Source: Basidiobolus meristosporus CBS 931.73 (Eukaryota; Fungi; Basidiobolomycota). Taken from it: a DNA stretch of 64,000 nucleotides. Under the pieces are notes generated by a model, which saw nothing but the letters and a program-made list of their open reading frames with translations, ran no database searches and was not told the DNA's origin. Of the stretch, positions 25,059-38,700 are shown one piece after another; the stretch's first letter is position 1; each line of letters starts with the position of its first letter. Location: NCBI GenBank assembly GCA_002104905.1, contig MCFE01000407.1, forward strand, positions 16,411-80,410, in the 5' to 3' direction. Position numbers and translations under genes: made by a program.

Positions 25059-25426
25059 TGTTTCAAGTCTTGGTATAGGAGTTAAAGAGGAATAGGGAGT
25101 TTAGCTATTATTGTATTCACTAAAACTTGAACTGATTTCATTGAGGTACCAGCAGCTCCTTATATACATTTTACCAGATCAATTGCTGACTAATTGTACT
25201 TCCCAATGTAGGCTGTGGCTGATGACTCATTTGATTGCATCATCATCACTCAATAAGATCCTTCTTAATATATCTATTTCTGTCTAATAAGGATCTGCTG
25301 ATTCATTTGCTGACTAATGCTACTGATTTGATAGATAATACTGTTATACTGATAAGCTAAGTATATAATTAACTAATATGACTAAAAACTGAACTAACTT
25401 AGACATTCCAGCAGTAGATCATAACA
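25059..25426 (-). mobile_element. Solo LTR of the intact Gypsy family
   Basis: Reverse complement is colinear with 35720-36087 over 368 bp; perfect 4-bp TSD ATCT (25055-25058 and 25427-25430). Confidence 0.92.
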
Positions 25427-25509
25427 ATCTAATGATATACATTGCAACAATTAGCTCTTATTGACCCAAAAACTGGTGCAGGTGCTATCTTGTTTACTGT
25501 AGGTATAGC

Positions 25510-28500
25510 TGTTGAATTATTGGATTATTTGGTATCATGCAGCAGCTAAAAGTTTGCTTAACAATTCTAGACCAGTTTTGGTCACTGTAGGACTTATTTG
25601 CAGCCCCAACTTGGACAGTTTCTTCACATATATGATCCTATGATTACTCCCCTATAGTGAAGATGAAATTGACACTTCTTACCCAACATTTTGTACTAGC
25701 CCTGAAACTGCTACAGAATGCTCCTAAATGTTAAAAAACCTCCTTACTTAGTATTACAGCTGTATTACCTCTTCAAAGGTATAAACACTGATCCTCTTTA
25801 TGAATGAACAACAGTTTCACTATTATCACTATATCTTGATAAGTTCTTATATCCAGATCACTACTTAAATTGCAACAGGTTATGAGCCCCAATTGTCTTA
25901 ATCTATCCCAAAGATTACCTCAACTGGCAAACAGAACAATACAAACATTTTCCCTGTAAGGAGAGGCTTGATGGGAAGAACTACAGACTTTGGAGAATCA
26001 AGATGCAGATCCACCTTGAGAAAAGAGAGCTTTGGAATACAGTAACAGGAAAAGAAGTTGACCACAAAGGAACAACAGAAGAAGTGCAGAAGTTTCAAGA
26101 GATGTAGAGAAAAGCCTTTGATGCTATATGTTTCATTGTGCAAGATTCCTTCATTGGACAAATCCATGCTTCAAATACTGCCAAAGCAGCATGGGAATCC
26201 TTAGAGAAGATACTTAGAGCAAAAGCAGTATCAAGCAAGCTTTATCTAAAACAAACATTTTTCAACATGGGGAAGAGCCAGATTATGACATGCTACAAAT
26301 TGTTACCACAATGGAGACACTTGCAGAAGTACTTTACAGTATTAATGCTGCTGTAGATGATGAAGAAAAGATACACTGTATGCTTTGCAGCCTACCAGAT
26401 AAGTATGAGCCACTCATACTTTCCTTAGAATGCAGAGAAGACAATTTGACTTTTGACCTTGCTCAAGGAAGATGTCTCCACAAAGAACTTAGACTTAATG
26501 ATCAAGCAGAGAAAATTGTAGACAGTTCTTTATTCAGCTCAGAGAGGCACACAGAAAAGAAGGGAAAGCAACAAAACCAAAGAGAACCTGGTTGCTGTAA
26601 CTATTGTAAGAAGCCAGAATACTGGGCAAGAGAATGGAAGAAGAAACAAGCAGAAAAAAACAGCAACTGGAGCAGGCAAACCATATAGCTACTGATGGAC
26701 AGCTATTTGTAACTGTACAAGAGAGTGCAAGTAACCAAAGTAATGAATGGTATATTGACTCTGGAGCATCACAGCATATTTGTAGTATAAAGGAGTGAGT
26801 CAGCAACTCAAAGACTATTCCTGTAAGAAAGGCTTATCTGCAAGACAACTCTGCACTGGATGCTACCATCAGTGGGTCTTTACTACTAAATGTGAGTGAT
26901 ATCTCATGGGCTACAACAGAAAAATTGACTGACATACTCCATGTACCTGCAATAGCTAAGAACCTACTCTCAGTCAGTAAAGCAACTGCCCAGGGACTGA
27001 TATTTGTTTTAATATGCTCAGCTGCTCAATAATGAGTAAAAATTGACAAAAATTAGCCTTAGAAATCAGCAATCACAATACAGACATGTTACAATGCAAG
27101 ATCACTGTTACTGAGTATGCCAACATTGCTGAAACTGATGAAATTAACTGGGTGATGTGGCATAGGAGGCTAGCTTACATAGGGGAACAGAAAATGGACC
27201 AATTGGTGAGAAGTAAGCTTATTTTTGGCCTCAACTACTCAATTCCAATCAAATTGAGTGTATATAGGGGATGTTCATATTGCAAGCAGACTAGGCAACA
27301 CTACAGGAGCTCAGTAGGCATCAGCACCACCAAATTATTGGCTATTGTACACTCAGTTCCATGTGGGCCCATGAGAATACTATCCTTTGGAGCCAAGAGA
27401 TACTTTATGATGTTTACTCATGACAAGACAAGACATACAAAGGTGTAATTCCTTAAAACAAAGGATGAGGATTTAGAGATGCTGAAACACTTCAAGAACA
27501 TGGTAGAAACACAAACTTGGTGTAAATTGAAGGTACTTTGAAGTGATAATGTGGGGGCATACTGCTCAAAGGAGTTTGCATAATACTACACATCTACTTA
27601 TATTACTCAGCCAACCACTGTTTCACATACTGCACTGCAAGATAGAATAGCAGGACATATAAATAGAACAGCAGTAGAGATGGGAAGTTCTATGGTGCAT
27701 GATATGGGAATGGACTTCAGGTTTTTGGCTGAATGTGTTGCTATTGCAGTATACATCAAGAATAGATGCCAACAACAGCACTACAGGGTTCTACACTCTT
27801 TGAGGCATATACAGGCAAAAAACCAGACCTCCAGCACCTCAGGTTCTTTGACACTGATGTCTTTTATCACATCCCTGACAAAAAACGCTCAAGCTGGAAC
27901 CAAAGAGTAGAAAAGGGATCTTTCTTGGGTATTGTGATGATGCTAAAGGGTATAGAGTGTATGATGGCAAGATTCAGATGCTGATCAAGAGCAGGGATGT
28001 TGTATTTGGGAAGAATTCAGATCAGAAAGCCACAGATATCTTTGGGCAGCTGCCTGATGATGCAAGCAGCACTAATGAAGAAAATACATACCAAATTCAG
28101 CCAGATACAGAAGGTATTTCAACCAGTTCCAAATTGGAGCAGATTATCCCAGTTAGGAGGTGTACCAGAATAAGAAATGCCCATGGATCCTGGTGGTAGA
28201 CATCCATTGATGATGAAGAAGCTTATCTTCCCTTATGTGCCAAACCTCAGAATCTGGAACAGGCAATGCAAAGTCCAGATGCTACTATGAGGCAACAAGC
28301 CATTCAGGAGGAGTACCAATCACTGATGAAAGTCAAACCATGGGATCTGGTAGATTTACCAAATGGGAGACAGCCAATAGGATGTAGATGGGTCTGCAAG
28401 ATCAAGATAACCTCAAATGGTACAGTTGATAAGTACAAGGATAGATTGGTGGCTAAAGGCTATTCCCAGATCCAGGGAATAGAGTTTAAGGAAACATTTG

Positions 28501-30184
28501 CTTTGGTTGCCAGGTTTAACTCCATTAGGACAGTCCTAGCCCTAGCTGCTGTACACAGTATAGATCTACACCAAATGGACGTCAAAGCAGACTCTCTGAA
28601 TGAGGATTTGCAAGAAGCCATAAGTATGGAGCAACCAGAAGGCTTTACCAATCTAAAAGACCCCCATAACTTGTGCAGACTCAGGAAATTGTTTTATGGG
28701 CTTAAGCAGGCACCTAGAGCATGGTATAACAAAATTGACACATATCTAGAGGGGATTGAGGTTATTTGTAGCACTTCAGATCAGAGTATATACATGAAAC
28801 AGCTCCAAAAGGGTGTGAGCATGCTAGTTCTGTATGTGGACAACCTAATAATAGCTACAAGTGACCAGGGGGCACTTAAACAGACAAAATCATATCTCTT
28901 CAGTAAGTTGGAGATGAAAGATCATGGGAAATAGAGCTAATTTCTTGAAATTGAAGTGAATTTGATACACTTAGGCAGAAAGATGTGCTGAATCAGTCTA
29001 AGTACATCAGGAATATTATTAGACACTTCAAAAGGAAAATTTGCAAGTATGCAGCTACCCTTATGGACAATAATCTAAAATTGAGCAAATCTCAGCCAGT
29101 TTTAGGTGAAAATTGCTCAAATATGGACCAAAACCATCCTTATCAACCCATGGTTGTTAGTCTGATGTACTTGATGGTGTCTAGATGTCCTGATATTGTT
29201 GTGGCAGTTGGAATAGTCAGTCAATTAATGCAGAATTATGGATCAGATTAGATTACAGCAGTTTAGCGGATTTTCACATATCTACAAGGTACCATAAATA
29301 TGGTACTGGAATACTCTGGAGCAGCTAATTAGCAGAAATATGATGGTTATAGTATTTCAGATTGGGGCAGCAATCTGATTGACAGACACTTTACCACTGG
29401 GTATGTATCTCTCTATGCTGGTGCAGCTATTACTTAAAATTGCAAGATACAACCAACTGTGGCCCTATCTACAACTGAAGCTGAATATATGGCTGCTTGC
29501 CAAGCAACTAAGGAGGCTGTATGAATATGGAAATTATCCAAAGACTTAGTCTTTACTCATACATACCAACATGTACTTACAAAGGTAATCAAAGCTGTAT
29601 TGCATTAGCAAGGCATTGTACTAATTATGCCAAACTAAGTACATAGATATAAAACACAACTTTGAAAGGGAAGCTGTAGAAAATAGCTTAGTAGAGTTGG
29701 TTTACAGTCCAACTGACAAAATGGTAGTAGATGTATTGACCAAACCACTAGTTAGACCACAATTTGAGAATCTCAGAGAGGAATTAGGATTAAGAAATTA
29801 TTTAGTTGAGGGGGAGTGTTGAAATATTGGACTAATTGGTATCATTCAGCAGCTAAAAATTTACTTAACAATTCTAGACTAGTTTTGGTCACTGTAGGAC
29901 TTATTTGCAGCCCCTACCTTGCCAGCTTCATCACATCTTTGACCCTTTGATTATTCCTCTATAGTGAGGATCAAATCAACACTTTTTACCAAACATTATG
30001 TACTAACCCTGAGACTGTTACAGAATGCTCCAAAATGCTAAGAAACCCCCTTACTTAGTGTTGCCACTGTATTACTCCTACAAAGGTATAAAGTTGATCC
30101 TCTTTATGAATAAACTACAGTTCATTTATTACCACTATATCTTGATAAGTTTCTTGTATCCAAATCACTTCTTACATTGCAACA
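25510..30184 (+). mobile_element. Full-length degenerate Copia family B element (LTRs 25510-25877 and 29817-30184)
   Basis: Two 368-bp LTRs, roughly 15% diverged by eye; PBS ggttatgagccc 25878-25889; gag, WYIDSGASQH protease, integrase, RT (FYGLKQAPRAWY, LYVDNL) and RNase H with stops and frameshifts; PPT agttgagggggag. Flanks ATAGC/GTAAC are only an imperfect TSD. Confidence 0.92.
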
Positions 30185-31949
30185 GTAACCCTAACTAGCA
30201 AGAAGACTGTGAAAAACTAGCATAAATTTCTCATAGATGGCAACTCATGATATCACATGTACCAGTTGCAGGACAGAAAAGCAGAAATTCTTTCAAGGTA
30301 AAGACTGGACTAACCTAAGCTCATTGCTAGCTTGGCACCAAGTTGCCCACTACTTCTTCATGATTTGCAACTAAATATTTGAAGGATAAATGACTAATGA
30401 ATATCATCACAATACCTTCCAACTGCCAGCTTGATACAAGCTGAAAGGCTAATAATATTCAAGTTCCAAGAATAAAACAACAGTTACATTAGATCAGAGG
30501 GCAGAGTCAAGATTTTCAGTTGAACACAAATGAATAAAAGCTAGTCTAGAATGCCTATCCTGTCACATTGCATGAAACTACTAGCCTTCAAACCAAGGTA
30601 CTTCAAGCTGCTAAGAATCCAATGGCAAAAAATGCTCCACTTCACTAATCCCTAATTATCAGCAAATATCACACAAGCAAGCTCTGGAGTTAATAATCTG
30701 CAATACTTCATCTGCAACATTACTTGGATCCTCCACTTGCATCTTGATCTGCTTAAGTTGGTATCACAGAAAACCATAGCTTACTTGGTAGCTACTGATG
30801 TTAGCTTCATCTTAAGCAGGACAGAAATAATACATATATGTAATTGCACTTAAACAGTACAACCTAATCTGGGGCTTTCCAAGTGTGTAATTCCATCATG
30901 ACAGCTCTGATATGCAATTGTTACTTTTGATTGAGCATTCCATATTGATTGAGTGCAAACAGACAACTCCATGGTCTTATGGACCTATTATAACCCTTAG
31001 CTTGGCTCTTGATAGTACTCCTCTAGCTCCAACTGCCAATAAACTAACGTCATTGCTCATTGCAACATAGTTGTGGTGTCTGACAATGCAGTCTCTCATG
31101 GATTACTCTGCTACCTTGACAAGCAACAATACATTATTGACCCTATGGGGTAGGATTGCTGGACCTTATCTAGTGTGATAGGTGGTTCAGAACTGAGTTA
31201 GGTATCAGCTAGCTCCATTGAGAAACTGGCAACTCATTAAGTGTAGGTTTGTGCTATATGCTTGGTTTTAAAATGGTGATAGCTGAGCTTCCTTGCTGAT
31301 ATAGTTCTAGAGCATGCAAATAGCAAATTGATGGATTGCAAGAACCCCAGAGTTTCAGGAGCTTCTTGCTTTCAAAACACCTCTAATCCAAGATGGCTTA
31401 CTCTAGTTAATCATTCATTTGGATATGTCTTAGCACTTGGCAGGCTTGATCAAATTTGATGAGAAAGCTTCCTAAAGCAGACATTTCTCCTAGCATCTTG
31501 GTAGCAGCTATCACTACTGCAGTGTGGCTTGTAGCAGAGTGATGTCAATAACTTGATTGCATTGTAGTACAAAGACTAAAATGTGATACATGTTAATATA
31601 CATGGTCATTCATCATTATAGGCCAAGAGATGCATTGACTAGTGTAGGGCAACAGGTACACTACTCAGCAGTAAATCCTATATTCACCATTGTCTATACA
31701 TAGTAGACACCATCTGTCAATACTCTGGCCAAAGTCTCCAGTGGCACTTTTCTTAATGGTGGTAGAAATTCCATGGCTCAATATAATTGGATATATTGTC
31801 TCCTACTTTTTGATTTGTGATGGAGACAAGCAGCTCATCTGATAGGTGCTTCACTAAGCCTCAGCATCATGTGTACTGCTAAAAATATCACTGATATACC
31901 ATGTGTACTGCTCCAAAGTTAGTATGTATTGAATAAAGAAACAGCCAGT

Positions 31950-32825
31950 TCATCTAGATGTTGCATTTGTGTTTTTGCATATATACATGAATAGTGATTG
32001 GAGCCTCTGAGGAGTACTTCAGGCAGTGGATGCACTGTAAATTCCTGCCAATTCTTATGAATTCCTCTGGTATTTCAAAGGGATCATTTAGTGTGAAATG
32101 CCCATGTACAACTTCATCATGATAATCATGAAATTTCTGAAACGTAAATGTATTGCTCCTGGTGTAAAGCTTTTGCATGTATCTTAAGTATCTCTGGCTT
32201 ACATTTAGTTGCATATTCTGGCTGATAGCTTATAGATTGCCAACTTAGCTGTAATTGCACTCTGTTTTCTGTACATTCTCATTATGTGACAGAATTGTTC
32301 TCAGTGTTGAGGATTGGATAATGATAACATTTGTGAGTTTTTGAGTATATCCCTTGGCTCTCACATGTTTAACAGCAATACAGTCCATTATGCCCAGAAA
32401 AGTTGGCTATCTTTCTGATGGCTGGGGAATTATATGCATCTGGATATGATGGCCAAACACTAATATCCCACCAGAGCACATACAAATGCATTTAGCAATG
32501 GATACAGGGAGCTGTCCAAGTTGGATGGTTATTTAGGGCAAGATGCTTGTGAGACAACCATAGGACTTCTGCTCTGATGCCATAAGATTGACACCACATC
32601 AGATTAACAAGAATTGGAAGCTAGCTGGATTTTCAGGTAGTGTACTTGTGTATTGCAAATCCATCAGTGCCAAGGAAGAGGCATGGTCATGCATACCTCT
32701 AAAGGATCACTTGCTTCTTGGTTGTTGCCAATGTTTGCTATGTAATATCAGAGGAATGTTTGCACTTGATTGATACTGCATGTGGTACTTGATAGCTTCA
32801 CAGTATCTGTTGGACTGCAGAGTAT
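31950..32825 (-). mobile_element. Degenerate Tnp2 fragment
   Basis: LQSNRYCEAIKYHMQYQSSAN.. and downstream sequence colinear with ~50940-51800. Confidence 0.7.
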
Positions 32826-33098
32826 AGACCTTTTCTATGTGCACCAGGTGTTCCTCTTCTGTCTTGCTGTATATCAGTATGTTGTGTAGGTAGATTACCA
32901 CAAACTTGTCAAAGTACTCCTGGAAGACTGTTTGCTCCATTGAGTTGTTCCAAATGCTCATCATTCTAAGGTATGGGGTACTTGTTCCACATGGTAACTG
33001 AGTTGAGGACTCTGTAGTCAATGCACATCCTGAGTGTTCCATCCTCCTTTTGCACAGAGAGTACTGGTGCTCCCCAAGGTGACTAGCTGGGTGTGATG
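32826..33098 (-). mobile_element. Gypsy RT fragment of the intact element's family
   Basis: [36 protein letters not shown] versus [36 protein letters not shown] in the intact ORF. Confidence 0.85.
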
Positions 33099-34156
33099 CC
33101 CTATGAGAAGTATTTGTTATGATCCCACCAAAAAGCTGTTACAGATTCTAAGTCCTGTGATTAAGAGGTACTGATCCCATCAGGACACCATGCAGAGACC
33201 ATTGAAAAATAATTGCACCCCATATTTCACAAAAAACTTAGTCAAAATTTCTCATAACATCAATATACAAGTGACTTTTGATTGGTTCCCTGCCACTTTC
33301 CAATCTCAAACACTCAGCACCTATAGATTTTCTGCTGTATCACTCTGTTTCCATGACTTTGGTGGGTGCTCAACAGCTTTGTGCAACTGTTCATTCAATG
33401 CAAGGATTTTTGGTGCTACTTTGTCTGCATGCCTCTTGTAATGAACTACATTTTCTCCAAGATGAATTCTGCTCTGATGCATCTGTGTGGGCATGCTTGT
33501 CTCTTACTGGCACACTCCTGGCAATCTAATGTCTCTTTTCCGCTTGTTTAGAGCTCTCTGCTGTAGTTGTGAAAGGCTCCAGAGAAAGCTGCTGGTCTTT
33601 ATCACTGCCAAGTCCGTCACTACCACTTTGACTGAGTGCCTCTTGAGTGGAACTATGCTTTTTCCTTGATAAATGTTGTGCTGCTGCCTCCATGTCTGCC
33701 TGTTATCACTTATTGGCGTTCTTCCAGCTACCTGACATCTTTTTGACACTTGTTGGCAGCTTTTGGCCCTGCTTGTGATGGGTACTTGAGGAAGCACCTG
33801 GTTTTTAGCCATTGAACCCTTGTTCTTCTACCTTTGATAGTTTTGGCTACTCTTAAGATACTTTCTTAGCATACCAATGCCAGCCCAAAATCAGTTTGCC
33901 CATTTAAATCCAGGATAGTGCTCATGGAGCAGGTCAAGTGCATTCTACTTGGCCTTGAGTTGCTGATGGTCCCATGGTGTGCTGGCTGAAAGGTGATGGC
34001 ATGCTAGACTTCTGATGACCTCTTGAATACAAGCCCACTCTTCATTATTGCACTCAATGGCTTCACAGATCTTCAGTACCTTTTGATTTTTAAGCTTTGT
34101 ATAAATACCAAATTGTCTTCCTCCCATGCTGTGATAGGTTTTTCTGTGGGCTTTAT
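33099..34156 (-). mobile_element. End of a CACTA-like element: CCCTATGA terminus plus truncated second ORF
   Basis: Starts ccctatgagaag; minus-strand NEEWACIQEVIRSLACHHLSASTPWDHQQLK is homologous to 45537-45881. Confidence 0.6.
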
Positions 34157-35719
34157 CTCTATGAAAAGTTACTATTATGATCCTGTCAAAAGGCTGTCAC
34201 AGATTCTAACTCCTGTGACTAAGAGGTAATGATTCCATCAGGACACTGTGCAAAAATTGTCAAAAAAAATTGCATTCCATACAACATAAATTTGGCCATA
34301 ATACATCATCATGACAATACAAAGGTGTCTTTCATATGGTTGTCTGCTAATTTTCTCACTTTCTGATCACAGACACTCTACCACCTTCTACATTTGTGTG
34401 CATTGATTGACTATTGCCTCTTTTTCACACTCCTTACTTCTTAACTCAACATTTTCTCTTATTTTTGCTCAAACAAATTGATTTACTTCTGTTAAAACTT
34501 CAGTTGTGCCACAATTGCCAATCCTATTGACCTATACATGTCCCTATACCCTACACTAATATCAAGCATAACCCTACACTCAACATGTAGCTTCATTAAA
34601 ATCCACCACTTAGGTAGTATTTCTGTGGTAACACTCTGTTTGCAAGACTTTGGTAGGAACCCAACAGCTTTATGCCACTGCTCCTTCACTGGTTCTGTTG
34701 CAATTTAAGAAGTGATTAGGGTACAACAGACTTATCAAGAAATAGTGGTAAGAGCTGAACTGTTGTTAATTCATGAAGATGATCAGTATTTATACCTTTG
34801 TGGAAGTACTACAGCTGTAACACTAAGTGTGGAGGGTTTCTCAACATTCAGGAGCACTCTGTAAATGTTTCAGGGTTAGTACATGATGATTGGTAAAAAG
34901 TGTTAATCTAATCTTAACTATGGGAAATAATCATAGGATCATAGATCTGAAGAAACTGGCTAAATTAGGGCTGTAAAATGTTTCCAAAACAATTACTTAC
35001 CAGAAATATTTCTTGCAAAAAGAATACCAAAAATATTTAAGTGGCAAGTTGTTACATATGTCTGCTTGCAAATATTATCCAAACATATCAATACTAATAC
35101 AACATATCCCGCCTTTGTTTTTGTCAATGAAGTCCAACGCTCAAGGCTGATGATTTAAGTTTTATCTTAGGGCATCAAGGTAACAAGTTATATGTTGGGG
35201 AAAGCTTGGATACTAAAGAGAAAGGTCATGTACAATTACTAAAAAGACTTATAGCTGCTGAATGATACCAAATAGTCCAATATGTCAACACTCTTCCTCA
35301 ACTAAGTAATTTCTAGATCCTAGCTCCTCTCTGAGATACTCAAATTGTGGTCTAACTAGTGATTTTGCCAATATATCTGCCACCATTTTGTCAGTTGGAC
35401 AGTAAACTAACTCTACTAAGTTATTCTCTAAAGCTTCCCTTGCACAGTGGCGTTTTATATCTATGTGCTTAGTTCTGGCATTATTGGTAGGATTCCTAGC
35501 TAATGAATTTCAATCTTGATTATCTTTGTGAATATGTGTTGGTGCATCTTTGCTGAAACCCAAGACTTTGAATATTTCCATAGCCATATGGCCGCTTTAG
35601 TGGCTTGGCATGCAGCCATATATTCAGCTTCAGTTATGGAGAGGGCCACAGTTGCATGTTACTTGCAACTCCAAATAATAGCCGCACCGGCATAAAGAAA
35701 TACATACTCAGTGATAGAG

Positions 35720-38700
35720 TGTTATGATCTGCCGCTTGAATGTTTAAGTTAGATCAGTTTTTAGTCAAATCAATTAGTATATGTTTAGGTTATCAGTATA
35801 TCAGTATTATCTATGAAATCAGTAGCATTAGTCAGCAAATGAATCAGCAGATCCTTATCAGACAGAAAAAGATATATTAAGTAGGATCTTATTGGGTGAT
35901 GATGATGCAATCAAATGAGTCATCAGCCACAACCTACATTAGGAAATACAATTAGTCAGCAATTGATCTGGCAAAATGTATATAAGGAGCTGCTGGAACC
36001 TCAATAAAAATCAGTTCAAGTTTTAGTGAATACAATACTAGCTAAACTCCCTATTCCTCTACAACTCTTATACCAAGACTTGTAACATTGGTAGCAGCGA
36101 TAACCAGAAACCTCCCTCCTGAAGAAAGAAGAAAACACCCTCAAGATGTCGGACAATCAAGAATGGAAGAATGCCATGCAGCAAATCCTGGCCCAACAGC
36201 AACAGCTACTCCAGATCCTCAGCCAACAGCAACAAGGAATGACTACCATGGCTCAGAGCCAGCAAAGCCCTATCAAGAGCAACTTTAGTGTGAAGGTCAA
36301 CCGGTACCATGGCAGAGTCAATGAAAACCTGGGAACTTGGCTCTTTCAGATTGAAGAAGCTTTTAAAGCTAAAGGAATTGCTCCAGAGAGCAAGTTGCAT
36401 TATGCAGCTTCTTACCTGGCAGATGCAGCTTTACAGTGGTACCACAACAAGATCAGGTCAGCTACTATGATGGGATGCTCTACAATCTCTACCTGGGATG
36501 AGTTTGTGTCGGAAATTCAGGATGCTTTTGAACCTCCACACCAGCAGACACTACTAAGAAGGAAGTTAAAGACACTCAGACAGAAAGGAATGGTGCAAGA
36601 ATACATCTATGAGTACAGATGTCTACTTGGACAAATTGAAAGAATGGACCCCTTGGATCAAGTTGAATACTTTATTGATGGGTTGAAAGAAAGAACTCGC
36701 AAGGAAGTCAATTACCGAAGACCTCAGACTATTGAAGAAGCCATCAAGATTGCCATTGACTATGACTCAGCTATGTTTGGAGTTGGGAAGCCTACAGTGA
36801 CTAGTCAGAAAGGCTATAATCATTATGAAAGAAGACAATCAGAAGCAGTACCAATGGAAATAGACGCTATGCAGAAGAATCCCTCCTCAGAAGAATGCAA
36901 GAAGAGAGGACTTTGCTTTAATTGCCACCAGCAGGGACATATTGCAAAATACTGCCCTCAGAGAAGAAATGGACACCAGCCAACAAGAACCTTCAACCAT
37001 ATTGAATCCCATGAACACAATAATGAGGAAGATGAGCTTGAAGAAGACTCGGAACTCACCTTCCATATGACAGAAGAGTACTTGTCCCAAATGACTTCAA
37101 ACTCAGGGAAGTTATTGTACCTGAATGGAGCAATCAATGGAGTACCTGCCAAGATCATGATTGACTCAGGAGCATCGCATGAGTACATGTCAGAGCAATT
37201 TGCTTTGAAAGCTGGAATCAACTCGGAACCTACCAAATCAACTTCAGTCTCCACAGCAGATGGGAACTCCCACATAATCAACCGTATTACCCAGCCAGTA
37301 AGAATGAAGATCAATGACTATGAAGAAGACCTACAGGCTTATATATTTGGGAACTGCAAGTTTGACCTTGTACTTGGGAAAACCTGGCTATTTTGTCGTA
37401 ATCCATCAATCAACTGGAGAACCCATGCTACTCAGATCCAAAAAGACAACAAGACCTATGAGCTATTACCTGCCAGGCTGGATTTCAACTTGGTCAATTC
37501 CAGTGTGTGTGAGACAAGTGAACTTAGCAAGACCCAGTTCTGTAGAGCACTTAGAAAAGGTACCCAGATGTTCCTCATGGCGGTATTACAGGAGGATTCC
37601 TCTATCCCAGCACCCCAGCAGGTCCAGACTCTCTTGAAGAAATATTCAGACGTGTTTCCAGATGAGCTTGTAAGCCTACCACCAGTCAGAGACGTGGATC
37701 ATGCCATTGACACAGGAGATAGCCCTCCAGTGAGCAAGACACCTTACAGAATGAGTCCATTGGAATTGGAGGAAATGAAGAAACAAATTGATCAGCTATT
37801 GGAGCAAGGATACATCAGGCCCAGCAAGTCACCTTGGGGAGCACCAGTGCTTTTTGTGAAAAAGAAGGATGGAACACTTAGGATGTGCATTGACTACAGA
37901 GCCCTGAACTCAGTTACCGTCAAGAATAAGTACCCCATACCTCGGATTGATGAGCTTTTGGACCAACTTAATGGAGCCACTATTTTCAGCAAGATCGACC
38001 TCATGTCAGGATACAACCAGATTAGGGTGAAACCAGAAGATATCCCTAAGACAGCATTCAGGACCAGATATGGACATTACGAGTACTTAGTCATGAGTTT
38101 TGGCCTCACTAATGCCCCTGCAACATTCATGACGCTGATGCAGACTGTCTTTCAGGAGTACTTAGACAAGTTTGTGATAATCTACCTGGATGACATATTG
38201 ATATACAGCAAGACAGAAAAGGATCACATGGTGCACATTGAAAAGGTCTTGAAGAAACTAAGAGAGAACAAGCTATACGGCAAGCTAGCCAAGTGTGAAT
38301 TCTTCAAGGAACACGTAGAATATCTGGGACACATAGTGACTAGCACAGGAGTAACCTTAGACCCCAAGAAGGTGGAAGTAATCAAGAATTTGAAGCAGCC
38401 CCATAGCATATCAGAACTCAGATCCTTCCTTGGAATGGTTTCCTATTATCGGAGATTTGTCAAGTCATTTGCAAGTATTGCAGCCCCTTTAACTGATATC
38501 CTCAAGAAAGAGAATACCTACAAGTGGGACATAGCTTGTGAGACTGCCTTCCAGACGCTAAAGAATGAACTTGCTAAGTTACCAAGCTTAAGAATACCAG
38601 ACTTCAGAAAAGAGTTCACTCTATGCACAGATGCTTCAGATTATGCAATTGGTGGAGTGCTGAGCCAAGAACACGAGGGAAAGGACTACCCTGTTGCCTT

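Noticed and set aside
35100-35719. Slight CpG retention next to the young Gypsy
   Set aside because: About six CpGs in 600 bp and not evident on the other side; too few to interpret.
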